From NCBI GenBank assembly GCA_964393185.1, contig CAYMSO010000002.1:75915-139914 (forward strand): a stretch of 64,000 nucleotides of DNA, written 5' to 3'. Below the pieces are notes generated by a model. That model ran no database searches and was not told the DNA's origin. It was given only the letters and a program-made list of their open reading frames with translations. The stretch comes from an uncultured Candidatus Saccharibacteria bacterium. GTDB lineage: Bacteria; Patescibacteriota; Dojkabacteria; J137. A program made the translations under genes and the position numbers. Of this stretch, positions 10,024-19,292 are shown in pieces (position 1 is the stretch's first letter; the number at the start of each line of letters is the position of its first letter).

Positions 10024-10127
10024 ATAACCGACAACTGATCACTGATAACCGATGACTGACTACCGATTACTGATTACTGATCGCTGATAACTGACAACCG
10101 ATTACCGACAACTGATAACTGATAAAC
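10024..10127 (+). repeat. Degenerate tandem heptamer array (about 15 units, AACYGAT type) abutting the gpmI stop codon
   Basis: ATAACCG ACAACTG ATCACTG ATAACCG ATGACTG ACTACCG ATTACTG ATTACTG ATCGCTG ATAACTG ACAACCG ATTACCG ACAACTG ATAACTG. Confidence 0.85.
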
Positions 10128-11744
10128 CTAGTTCAACAAATTTCTGCCTGTCATATCAGCTGGCTGTTCAATGCCCAAGATACCAAGTATAGTAGGAGCT
10201 ATATCGGCAAGACCACCCATTGGCAGTTCGATAGGTGGAATATTATTTCCAATAATCAATAAGGGAACTTCATTTGTAGAGTGTTTTGTATCTGGGTCTC
10301 CTGTCTGTAGATTTATCATTTCTTCTGCATTACCATGATCAGCCGAAATTACAACTACGCCGTCCAAGCTAAGTACTTTTTCCACTACCTGGCCTATACA
10401 TTTATCGCAAACTTCCATAGATTTGACAGTTGCATCTATAACTCCAGTATGTCCTACCATATCTGGACCAGCAAAATTTGTGAGTATAAAATCAAACTCC
10501 TTGGAATCTATTTTTTTAATCAACTCCGTAGTCATCCATTCTTGACTCATTTCTGGCTTTAGATCATAGCTCGGAACATCTTTGGGAGAAGGAATTTCTA
10601 ACCACACCTCATTTTCAGAAACATTTCCATTGCCTCCATTAAAAAAGTAAGTAACATGCGCAAATTTTTCTGATTCGGCAATTCTAAGCTGTTTAATTCC
10701 ATGTATCGAAAGAACTTTACCAAGTGGATTAGTAATATCTTCTACAGGAAACGCTATATTTTTAGGATGTCCCTTACCATAATCTGTCATTCCAGTGAAG
10801 CTAATCCCAGTTAGCTGTGGACGCTGGAAATGCTTAAAGTTTTCATCTTCAAAAGCCATACTTAACTGCAAAGCCCTATCTTGTCTAAAATTGAAGAAAA
10901 TTATGCTGTCATTATTCTGAACTTTAACAGGAACTTTATCTACTTTATTGACAACCACTAATGGTTCTATATACTCATCAAAAATCTTCTTTTTATACGA
11001 TTCTTCAAGAGCTTTCTTCCAATCCATCACTACTTCGCCCTTAGCCAATGTGATTAATTCGTATGCTTTTTTAGTCCTTAACCAGTTTCTATTTCTATCC
11101 ATCGCATAAGCCCTGCCCACAATTGATACTATTCTTCCCATTTTCTTTTGTAAGCAATAGGTTTCCAATCTTTCTAAAAGTTCAATTCCTGCATCTGGAT
11201 TAGAATCTCTCCCGTCTAAAAATACATGAATATAAACTTTGTCGGGATTCATTTCTAAGTTGGCAGCCATTTTTATTAAGGCTTGCAGATGTTCAAACGA
11301 AGAATGTACATGTCCAGATCCTATAAGTCCCATAAAGTGTAATCCACTTTTAGCTTTTTTAGCTTGATTAAAAGAATCTAAAAGAATAGGATTTGATTCA
11401 AATGTATCTTTTTGAATAGCATTATCGATTCTGGGTTTGTCTTGCAAAATGACTTTTCCCGCACCCATAGTCATATGACCGACCTCACTATTTCCATCAG
11501 TCCCTGCTGGTAATCCAACATAAAGCCCGGAAGCCTGAATAACTCCATGCGCATATTTAGGCCAGTATTTATCTAAATTAGAAGTATCTGCCAAGGTTAC
11601 AGCATTACCTGGCCCAGGCGGCGCAACTCCAACCCCGTCCATCGAAATCAGAACTACGGGCTTTGGTCTTTTACTTATTTTTTGTTCTGTATTACTAAAA
11701 AGTCCCATCAAATTAGTATATACATAATCACTATAAAGTGCCAA
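10128..11744 (-). CDS. gpmI: 2,3-bisphosphoglycerate-independent phosphoglycerate mutase
   Basis: Full-length similarity. Motifs ISMDGVG, FLDGRDS and SADHGNAE. The track start at 11744 is a TTG; an ATG at 11708 is an alternative start. Confidence 0.9.
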   Translation of the reverse strand: MALYSDYVYTNLMGLFSNTEQKISKRPKPVVLISMDGVGVAPPGPGNAVTLADTSNLDKYWPKYAHGVIQASGLYVGLPAGTDGNSEVGHMTMGAGKVILQDKPRIDNAIQKDTFESNPILLDSFNQAKKAKSGLHFMGLIGSGHVHSSFEHLQALIKMAANLEMNPDKVYIHVFLDGRDSNPDAGIELLERLETYCLQKKMGRIVSIVGRAYAMDRNRNWLRTKKAYELITLAKGEVVMDWKKALEESYKKKIFDEYIEPLVVVNKVDKVPVKVQNNDSIIFFNFRQDRALQLSMAFEDENFKHFQRPQLTGISFTGMTDYGKGHPKNIAFPVEDITNPLGKVLSIHGIKQLRIAESEKFAHVTYFFNGGNGNVSENEVWLEIPSPKDVPSYDLKPEMSQEWMTTELIKKIDSKEFDFILTNFAGPDMVGHTGVIDATVKSMEVCDKCIGQVVEKVLSLDGVVVISADHGNAEEMINLQTGDPDTKHSTNEVPLLIIGNNIPPIELPMGGLADIAPTILGILGIEQPADMTGRNLLN

Positions 11745-11747
11745 GAA

Positions 11748-11831
11748 GAGTTTTGAGTTATTGGGGTGTGGGTTATGAGGTTTTGAGTTTTGAGTTATGA
11801 CTTTTGGGTTTTGAGTTGTGGGGTTTGAGGG
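11748..11831 (-). repeat. Heptamer array in opposite orientation (G/T-rich on the + strand), immediately upstream of gpmI
   Basis: GAGTTTT GAGTTAT TGGGGTG TGGGTTA TGAGGTT TTGAGTT TTGAGTT ... The reverse complement reads AACTCAA/AACCCAA units. Confidence 0.8.
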
Positions 11832-11885
11832 ATTTTTAATCTATAGTTTTTTATTTGTTATAATTATTGGATTTTTAAACGATTG

Positions 11886-13001
11886 ATGAAGGATTGTATC
11901 AAAACAAAACACGGAGATATAAAATTACCCGCATTTATGCCAGATGCTACTTATGGATCGGTCAAGATGATTTCCTTTGAAGATGTTAGAAAAACCGGCA
12001 CAACAGAAATTGTTACTACCACTTTGCATATAGAACAAAAAATAGGTGCATCTTTTATAGAAGAGTTTGGAGGAATTCACAAATTTTTTGGATGGGAAAG
12101 ACCCATATTAACTGATAGTGGTGGATGGCAAGTATTTTCTCTTATCAATAGTGGTAAAGGAGATAAACGCAACAAGATTTCGGAAGTAGGCTGTAGTTTT
12201 ATAAATCCAGAAAATGGCAAGTTTAGCTTACTCACTCCAGAAACATCTATAATTATCCAATCAAAACTAGCACCAGACATAATGACAGTTTTAGACAATC
12301 CAATTCTTGGAAATGCAAGTCTTAACGAAAGAAAAAAATCGATCCATATTAATACAAAATGGGCACAAAGAGCGCAAAATCAATTTAAGCAGATTTACTC
12401 ATCCAGAGCCGAGGCTCCACTGCTTGGGTGTGTAGTTCAAGGCGGAGATGATTTTAAACTTAGAAAGCAAAGTGTGGAAGAACTGTTAGAACTTGATTTT
12501 GATTTGTATAATTATGGTGGAGTTCCTTTGATAAGCAAAATTACTTGGAAACACGATCATCCAATTGGTTTTTATAAAGAAATGCTGCAGTTTGTTTCGG
12601 ACTTAATTCCACCAAATAAAATCAAATACGCTATGGGTGTTGGGCAACCGGAAGATATTGCGTTCTGTTACGAGGTTGGTTGGGATTTATTCGACACAGT
12701 ACTCCCCACTAGAAATGCAAGACACGGTTATTTGTATGTGTCGCAAGGTAATGGTGATGCAACCAGAAGTTATAAAGATCTATATTACGATATACAACAT
12801 ATAAAAACCGAGAGATATAAATATGATCAAAATCCTATAGACAATAACTGCCATTGTGAAGCTTGCATGCATTTTTCTAGAGCATACATAAGGCACCTAC
12901 TCAAAATAAAAGAGCCTGCTGGTATGAGGTTATGTACTATTCATAACCTTACATTTTATAGCAATTGGATGAATGAGGTTAGAAAACTAACCAGAAACTA
13001 A
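11886..13001 (+). CDS. tgt: Queuine tRNA-ribosyltransferase
   Basis: LTDSGGWQVFSL catalytic region and Zn site CHCEAC...H. ATG at 11886. Extended -10 TGnTATAAT at 11856-11864. Confidence 0.9.
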   Translation: MKDCIKTKHGDIKLPAFMPDATYGSVKMISFEDVRKTGTTEIVTTTLHIEQKIGASFIEEFGGIHKFFGWERPILTDSGGWQVFSLINSGKGDKRNKISEVGCSFINPENGKFSLLTPETSIIIQSKLAPDIMTVLDNPILGNASLNERKKSIHINTKWAQRAQNQFKQIYSSRAEAPLLGCVVQGGDDFKLRKQSVEELLELDFDLYNYGGVPLISKITWKHDHPIGFYKEMLQFVSDLIPPNKIKYAMGVGQPEDIAFCYEVGWDLFDTVLPTRNARHGYLYVSQGNGDATRSYKDLYYDIQHIKTERYKYDQNPIDNNCHCEACMHFSRAYIRHLLKIKEPAGMRLCTIHNLTFYSNWMNEVRKLTRN

Positions 13002-13078
13002 ATACAATGATTTAGAACTTAGAATACTACTCTAAAACATTTTGTTTGATATAATAGTACTTGATTTAACAATTCAAT

Positions 13079-13654
13079 ATGTATCCAAAACTTGTATTAA
13101 GAATAGAAAACCACATTCCACAAATAATTTTTCACCCTGAAAATGGGATGTCTAGAAACATGATAGGAGTCGAAGAAAACCTTTTAGAGTTAATTACCGA
13201 ACTGGGCGAAAAATTAAATTTGAATCAGGAGTTTAAATCAAAAGACGAAAAATTATTGCAGGAGTTGCTACAACTGGCCACAGAAGGCGATGAGAGATTT
13301 ATAGCAGATTATCCAAAACTACAGCAGGACTCACTGAGTTTTGAACTTAGTAATGCAATTAATAATCACTTAGAAAAATCACAAAGTGATTTTTCGGATT
13401 TTAGCGAATATGGCGAACTTGAAGAAGCAGTGCTTGAAGAATTAAAACGAAATCAAAATATTGATATTTTCGCAAGCCTTTTAGAAGCCATATACTTAAT
13501 TTTGATTGCCAAAACTTTACTCATTTGTTCAGAATTGGGAATTGGGCAAATTGAATTAGATGATAGAAACGGTTATTTAAGATTACAAGAAAGGATGGCC
13601 AGCGAGCTTACCAAAAGCGGAGTAGAGTTTAAAATTATCGAAATCAAAAAGTGA
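13079..13654 (+). CDS. Hypothetical acidic protein
   Basis: 191-aa ORF, no motif recognised. Confidence 0.35.
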   Translation: MYPKLVLRIENHIPQIIFHPENGMSRNMIGVEENLLELITELGEKLNLNQEFKSKDEKLLQELLQLATEGDERFIADYPKLQQDSLSFELSNAINNHLEKSQSDFSDFSEYGELEEAVLEELKRNQNIDIFASLLEAIYLILIAKTLLICSELGIGQIELDDRNGYLRLQERMASELTKSGVEFKIIEIKK

Positions 13655-13656
13655 AT

Positions 13657-14598
13657 TTAGATAAGTGGATTACCCCAGTCAAGTAAATTTCTTTTTGTCA
13701 TAATGCTTAGCAATTTATGGCAGTTATAATCCCCAGTTTTAATTGCCTCGCGAAGTCTGGTATACAATGCTAAATCTATATAACATTCAAATTTGAAATC
13801 CACATTATGCAAAAAAGCAAAATTTTTGTTTAAGATACTATTTTTAATTTCTGCCAAAGAATATGCAGAATGATTTAAAAGCAAATCCACTATAATTTGA
13901 GCAGTATTTGCAGTAACAGAAACTTTAGAAAAATCAGGTTTTAAGTTTAAAAATATATTTTCCTTTTTGTCTATTCGACAATTAAGCAAATCTGGATAAC
14001 TGACTTGAATTACATTATTAGTATGATAATTCGCATTCTCTATAGCTAGCAAATTACTTCTTAACAAACCCCAGAGATGCTTATTTATTTCCACAAACAA
14101 ATAATTTTCCATGACTAGCCTAGAACCTCTTAACTTAAAAAAATTTTCAATGTCTTCGAGTTGCTGTTGCAAATCCTTCTGATTGTTTTTGTTTGCGATG
14201 TTAATATTACTTTTTATGTAAATTGAATCGCTTGCTTCAAAAAATTTAAAAAGTACAGTAGATAAATTTTTTAATTTAGCAATAGAAATTTTGCTGCTTT
14301 CAAATTTAATATTTTTTGGCTGCTTAACCAAAACGGCTTTGTAATTTTTTTGCTCAATAGAAAGGTCTATTACTTTCTGACCATTAGCATTCTCTACAAC
14401 AATCCAAGTAAGGATATCTGCAGATTTTAACTCATCTAAAAGTTCGGAAAAATAATCGAGTTCTTTTTTGCTATTTTGTGATTTAATCAAAAGTTTATAG
14501 TTATTAAGGTTGTCTGTTAATAAATACTCTGACTGAGAAATATTTATTATTTCGTTGCAATTTATTCCATATTGTTGAAAAAGAAAAGTAGTCAACAT
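13657..14598 (-). CDS. Hypothetical protein
   Basis: 313-aa ORF. Faint resemblance to phosphotransferase/CotS-like folds, but catalytic motifs were not identifiable. Confidence 0.35.
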   Translation of the reverse strand: MLTTFLFQQYGINCNEIINISQSEYLLTDNLNNYKLLIKSQNSKKELDYFSELLDELKSADILTWIVVENANGQKVIDLSIEQKNYKAVLVKQPKNIKFESSKISIAKLKNLSTVLFKFFEASDSIYIKSNINIANKNNQKDLQQQLEDIENFFKLRGSRLVMENYLFVEINKHLWGLLRSNLLAIENANYHTNNVIQVSYPDLLNCRIDKKENIFLNLKPDFSKVSVTANTAQIIVDLLLNHSAYSLAEIKNSILNKNFAFLHNVDFKFECYIDLALYTRLREAIKTGDYNCHKLLSIMTKRNLLDWGNPLI

Positions 14599-14601
14599 AA
14601 A

Positions 14602-15291
14602 CTAACCATAATTTTCTATATATATCTTGTCGGCTCCCAAATTAATTAAAACTTCTTTTGTATTTTTGATCATCTGATTATTGCCACAAATATAAAATTC
14701 TGTATGCTGCCAATCAAAAGATTTTGTTTTAATGACCTCGTTAACCCGACCTAATTCAAAATCTAAATAGTTACCTTCTGGCTGAGTTATACATCTAGTA
14801 TATATAATATTTTTACTTGCGATTTCTTCGTGTAAGAATTTATAAGCCACTATATCATCCGCCAAAAATCTACTACCAAAAAAGAGGTGCACAGACCCAG
14901 TTAAATTACTTTTCATCAAAGTCTTGATCATTGGTATAAACGGTGCAATTCCTGCTCCGGTTGCAATAAATACCTTGGGCAATTCTGTTTCCTTAACGGC
15001 GTATCTCCCCATTGGACCATACACTAATGTACTTTGTCCTACCTCTAGTTCGCGAAAATACGTAGAGCCGTAGCCAGGTAAGCTTCCCGAAACATCGGCA
15101 ATTAGTTTCAAATTATTTTCTTTTATCTCGACTATGGAAAATGGTCTTTTGTAAGGTTTTTGCACCAAGACATTCAAAAACTGTCCCGGTCTAAAGCTAA
15201 TAGTCTCACTAGTCAAAAAATTATACTCAAATATTTTTGGAGTTAACTGTATTTTTTGAGTCAACCCTAGTTTAAAGCTTTTTATTTCCAT
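14602..15291 (-). CDS. Ferredoxin-NADP reductase-like FAD/NAD(P)-binding oxidoreductase
   Basis: RPFSIV (RxYS-type FAD motif), GPMG, and ATGAGIAPF nucleotide-binding motif. Confidence 0.7.
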   Translation of the reverse strand: MEIKSFKLGLTQKIQLTPKIFEYNFLTSETISFRPGQFLNVLVQKPYKRPFSIVEIKENNLKLIADVSGSLPGYGSTYFRELEVGQSTLVYGPMGRYAVKETELPKVFIATGAGIAPFIPMIKTLMKSNLTGSVHLFFGSRFLADDIVAYKFLHEEIASKNIIYTRCITQPEGNYLDFELGRVNEVIKTKSFDWQHTEFYICGNNQMIKNTKEVLINLGADKIYIENYG

Positions 15292-15362
15292 CTTGGCAAT
15301 TCAAGCGAAGCTAACTGAATTTATATTTTATGGCAAAAACCATTAGATAATATCATAAATTT

Positions 15363-16325
15363 CTAGCTAAACAATGTAAACTGATCGGAGACAATATTGT
15401 AGTTGTAAGCTGTCGAAAAAGTACTCTCTACATATCTACCAATCAAATAAGGAATTTTAAAATAAAGAATTTGTTTATTATTTTCTATAAATAGATATTT
15501 GCCACGTATTCCTTTAAAGGTACCTGACAAGATTGAATTATCCCTTAAGTAGTAAATTGTTTCTTGTGGAAAATACAAAAGTGGGTGATTACTAAAATCC
15601 ATAATCACTGCGGTGTCGGCATTTAGCATGTAATCTTTCAAATCAGTTCGGTTGCTAATTCTATGAATGATTTTTTGTAAAACTGCTTTGAGATTTTGGC
15701 TAGCGACCTGTAAGCTTGGCTTTTGATATACATTTTTTATTTTCGATCTCGACCTTACAAATTGAGTTATTCCTATAGTTTTGGAAATAAATTCTTCGAG
15801 CGCTTTAGCTATTTGTGCATTTGGAACTTCTGCTATTATCATACTTACTAGAGAATCTTGTTCCAACGTCCTGATATTTTTTCTTTTAAAAGATGTGGTT
15901 CCCACTTTGATTATATCTCCCAAAAAATATGCCAAGTAAACTACATGTTTCTGATCCAGATAGGCTTGCACACCCACAGAAGCTGGTTTATCAAAAAAGA
16001 AAGCGCCTTTAAAATCAAATTTGCTTTGGCAGTAGTTGCACTGATCATAGGAAAGTTTTTCTAACTGCTGTTGAGTTGGACAGGGATGATAACCATCGGC
16101 TAATTTATAACCTATACAATATCTTGCCTCAGACAATTGAAAGTTAAATATATAGTCAACTAGATTAACTTCTTGTAGTTGCTTTTCTTCAGTATTCCAT
16201 AATCGCATAATAGGAAAATGTTTATCGTTCTTATATTTCCATTGTATTGATGTTAAATGTAACAAAGTCAGCACTTTAAATGTTAAGTAGTAAATTTTAG
16301 CATTGCAGTGAGTAACTTTGGACAC
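15363..16325 (-). CDS. Hypothetical protein with a Cys-pair (possible zinc-ribbon) region
   Basis: HPCP...CNYC pattern followed by IIKVGTTSFKRKNIRTLEQ. Start uncertain (ATG at 16208 is an alternative). Confidence 0.35.
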   Translation of the reverse strand: MSKVTHCNAKIYYLTFKVLTLLHLTSIQWKYKNDKHFPIMRLWNTEEKQLQEVNLVDYIFNFQLSEARYCIGYKLADGYHPCPTQQQLEKLSYDQCNYCQSKFDFKGAFFFDKPASVGVQAYLDQKHVVYLAYFLGDIIKVGTTSFKRKNIRTLEQDSLVSMIIAEVPNAQIAKALEEFISKTIGITQFVRSRSKIKNVYQKPSLQVASQNLKAVLQKIIHRISNRTDLKDYMLNADTAVIMDFSNHPLLYFPQETIYYLRDNSILSGTFKGIRGKYLFIENNKQILYFKIPYLIGRYVESTFSTAYNYNIVSDQFTLFS

Positions 16326-16422
16326 AAATCAAACACATTAGTTAGATATAATGCGTTAAACGCTGTAAACCGTTCTCAATTGAGGTTAATTATGCTAAAT
16401 TACAAAGAGTAAAAATACTTGA

Positions 16423-17367
16423 ATGAAGATTTCAATTTTATTAACTGCATGGAAGGAAGAAAAAACGATAGGAAGAAGTATAGAAACGTTTATTGATGGG
16501 TATAAAGGTGACTACGAAATATTACTGGCAATTGTAGACAAAGGAACAAAAGAGGCTGCCATTGCAAAGGCCAAAGAATTAGATATAGAAGATAAAGTAT
16601 GGATTTCGGATTTAGTCAAAGATGAAAAGCCAAAAGGTAAACCCACCGAATTAAATTATTTAATGGATCATGCCAAGGGTGATATCTGGTTTTTTGGTGA
16701 TGGAGATGTATGGTTCAAACCGGGAAGTATTGATAAAATTCTTAAACACTTTAAAGATAAAAATGTATTTGCTGTTACTGGTAGGCCAAGATCTGCAGAC
16801 TCAAGAAAAACAATGATGGGTTATTTCGGAAATTTGCTTGCTGATGCAGCTCATCACAAAAGAACAGTAGATCTTACAAATATTCACTCTGGAAAAAGCT
16901 TAAATATAATAAAAAAACGAAGCTTTTTTCCTGTAAGTGGTTATCTGTTCGCAATGCGCAAAACAAATATTAGAGCTCCAAAGGGTACTCTTGTAGAAGA
17001 TGCTTACTTTTCTTACGAAATTCATAATCGGGGTTACAAGATTGCCTACGAACCAGAAGCAGAAGTTTATGTAAAATATCCAACAAATCTAGGTGATTAT
17101 TTTAAACAGAAAAAAAGATCCACAGGAGGTTATGTGCAGTTGTGGGAGTATGGAGTTGTAAAACCGGAAACCAAAACTCGCTCTTTTTTTAGAGAGCTGG
17201 AATATTTTTGGTTTCCAATTAAATACGCTTCTAATCTCAAAGAGCTTTTTTGGTCATTTCTTCTTTATCCAATACGATTATGGCTCTGGATTATGATTTT
17301 TTGGGAAAGGAGAGTGATTAAGAAAGATTTTGTAAAAACTTGGGTAAGAATAGAAAGTACAAAGTAA
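16423..17367 (+). CDS. Family 2 glycosyltransferase
   Basis: N-terminal ILLTAWKEEKTIGRSIETF, DxD-like FFGDGDVWF, C-terminal TM helices. Confidence 0.75.
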   Translation: MKISILLTAWKEEKTIGRSIETFIDGYKGDYEILLAIVDKGTKEAAIAKAKELDIEDKVWISDLVKDEKPKGKPTELNYLMDHAKGDIWFFGDGDVWFKPGSIDKILKHFKDKNVFAVTGRPRSADSRKTMMGYFGNLLADAAHHKRTVDLTNIHSGKSLNIIKKRSFFPVSGYLFAMRKTNIRAPKGTLVEDAYFSYEIHNRGYKIAYEPEAEVYVKYPTNLGDYFKQKKRSTGGYVQLWEYGVVKPETKTRSFFRELEYFWFPIKYASNLKELFWSFLLYPIRLWLWIMIFWERRVIKKDFVKTWVRIESTK

Positions 17368-17772
17368 TTACTCCTCGTCTACAAAAAATACGGCCATGTA
17401 ATTATGCTTTGCAGCAAAATAATCAAACCAGTTCCTTCTAGCAGATTTGGTTGCTGCTTCTTTACAAAAATCCGTTACGTCGTGCTCTTGATTATATTCG
17501 TAGACCCTATATCCTGTAGCAGCTATAGCACGTTCATTTTCTTCTATACTTAAGCCAATAATACTTGGATCAGTTGCAAAAGCTCGATGAAAAACCCAGT
17601 GTTCTACATCTGTTACATAAATAATATTACACACATTGTCGTAACAGCTACTTTGTTTGTTATGGTTAAGATGGCAGAATTCCATATTTCTGGTATTTAA
17701 ACCTGACATCTCGGAAACCCCTTCTGCCCTGTCGCGAATTTCGTTCTTTAGACTTCTAGATATATCTGTCAT
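17368..17772 (-). CDS. Small HNH-nuclease-like protein
   Basis: IRDRAEGVSEMSG...EFCHLNHNK...N...VEHWVFH resembles the HNH beta-beta-alpha metal finger. Weak. Confidence 0.4.
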   Translation of the reverse strand: MTDISRSLKNEIRDRAEGVSEMSGLNTRNMEFCHLNHNKQSSCYDNVCNIIYVTDVEHWVFHRAFATDPSIIGLSIEENERAIAATGYRVYEYNQEHDVTDFCKEAATKSARRNWFDYFAAKHNYMAVFFVDEE

Positions 17773-17879
17773 TATTACATAACGTAATTATTTTCCACTA
17801 ATAAAATTTCTTGGCTGTAAAATAACACACATACAAGGTAGAATTTAAGTATTTTCTGAGTTAATGTTATAATTCCTTC

Positions 17880-18584
17880 ATGAAAAATGAATACGAAGCA
17901 ACCTACCCAAATCAAGTCAAAAGCGAAATAAGAGATAGACTAAAACAAGCCGGTGCCAAACTAGTTAGGAAAGAGTTTATGCAAAAGAGAATAGTTTTTA
18001 ATTTACCTGAAACTCCTTTGGATAATATTCCAGCTTATGAAATTGAAGGGAAAACAGTTTGCTTTGAAGATTTTAACTTGGAGGTTGATAGCATTGATAA
18101 CTTTGAAGAAATTGTCGATATTATTACAAGCCCTGAATATGTATTAGCTGCAAATAAGGGTTGGCTAAGGGTTCGGGATGAAGGTACTAAAATTACTTTG
18201 TCCTATAAAAAAGTTGCAGGTAAACGAATAGAAGATACTTTTGAAGTTCAACTCGTAATTAATGAATTTGAAAGTGGTAGAAAATTTCTACAACTTTTTG
18301 GCTGTATTCAGAAAGCATATCAGGAAAGTCTAAGAGAGCTTTGGCAACTTGAATCTGCTGATATTACCATCGATACTTGGCCATTTTTGCCGCCATTTGT
18401 TGAGGTAGAAGCAGAGGCTGAATCTATTGTAGAAGATGTATCGAAACAACTTGGGTTTGATTACAATACAGCATACTTTGGGGCAGTTGATGAATTGTAT
18501 GCTAAGAAATATGGAATTGATACAAATATTATAAATAACGAAACACCAGTAATAAGATTCAACGGTCCCAATCCCTTTGAGTAA
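17880..18584 (+). CDS. CYTH-domain protein (class IV adenylate cyclase / triphosphatase family)
   Basis: N-terminal EYEATY (ExExK-like) strand, WLRVRDEG..ITLSYK, ITIDTWPFLPPFVEVEAE. Extended -10 TGnTATAAT at 17865-17873, 6 nt before the ATG. Confidence 0.55.
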   Translation: MKNEYEATYPNQVKSEIRDRLKQAGAKLVRKEFMQKRIVFNLPETPLDNIPAYEIEGKTVCFEDFNLEVDSIDNFEEIVDIITSPEYVLAANKGWLRVRDEGTKITLSYKKVAGKRIEDTFEVQLVINEFESGRKFLQLFGCIQKAYQESLRELWQLESADITIDTWPFLPPFVEVEAEAESIVEDVSKQLGFDYNTAYFGAVDELYAKKYGIDTNIINNETPVIRFNGPNPFE

Positions 18585-18613
18585 TTAAATCTAACTTCGA
18601 TAAGTGGAATAGC

Positions 18614-19273
18614 TTACTTGTTGTACTTTAGCATGTACCAGAATAGATTCATTCCAATAACAAAGTTCACTAGTACTATAATCAGTATTAATATACTTGT
18701 AAATTCGTACAAAATCATACAGAGCCCCAATGCCAAAGAACCTAGAGCAGAAATTAATAATGCAGAGAAAAAGTTAAGCGTGTTAAATTTCTCGGCTTTA
18801 GGAATAGTTGCTTCTGTCCATACTATATAGTTTAGCAAATGTGGATTTTCTATAAAAAAATAATTTTTAATTTTATTCATAATCCTTACAGATTCAATCC
18901 ACGCCTGTCTAAGTCGAACCATAAACAAGATAAATACATAAGAAATTAAAGTCAAAAACAAGAAACCTAAGGGAATATAATCATTAAGTTTATTACCAAC
19001 AATATCTTTTAATCCGAAAGATATTGTCCCAACAGCAGCATATAGCCCTAAATAAAAGTTCACGAGGGTCAATCTATCTTCTTGTGCTTTAATACTGGTA
19101 TCTTTAGCATATTCAAATTCAAGTTTTAAAATTTCTAAATCCTTTTGTGGATCAATCACTTTAGTGCTCAATCTTAGTTTAGCAGTTTTAAGCAAAAAGT
19201 AACTCCATGCCAAAGCAATAATTAGCATTGCTGTAAATGCAAAGCCTAGTAGTAAGTATTCCAAAATATTCAT
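18614..19273 (-). CDS. Multi-pass membrane protein, function unknown
   Basis: 219 aa. One TM, a helical soluble segment, then several TM helices. 20 nt downstream of the kinase gene, same strand. Confidence 0.45.
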   Translation of the reverse strand: MNILEYLLLGFAFTAMLIIALAWSYFLLKTAKLRLSTKVIDPQKDLEILKLEFEYAKDTSIKAQEDRLTLVNFYLGLYAAVGTISFGLKDIVGNKLNDYIPLGFLFLTLISYVFILFMVRLRQAWIESVRIMNKIKNYFFIENPHLLNYIVWTEATIPKAEKFNTLNFFSALLISALGSLALGLCMILYEFTSILILIIVLVNFVIGMNLFWYMLKYNK

Positions 19274-19292
19274 TCAAGGATTATAGCATTAG

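Noticed and set aside
10024-10127. Heptamer arrays as CRISPR arrays, or as telomeres of a linear replicon
   Set aside because: A 7-nt period with no spacers is incompatible with CRISPR. The arrays are internal, short, flanked by genes on both sides and occur in both orientations, so they are not chromosome ends despite TTAGGG-like units.
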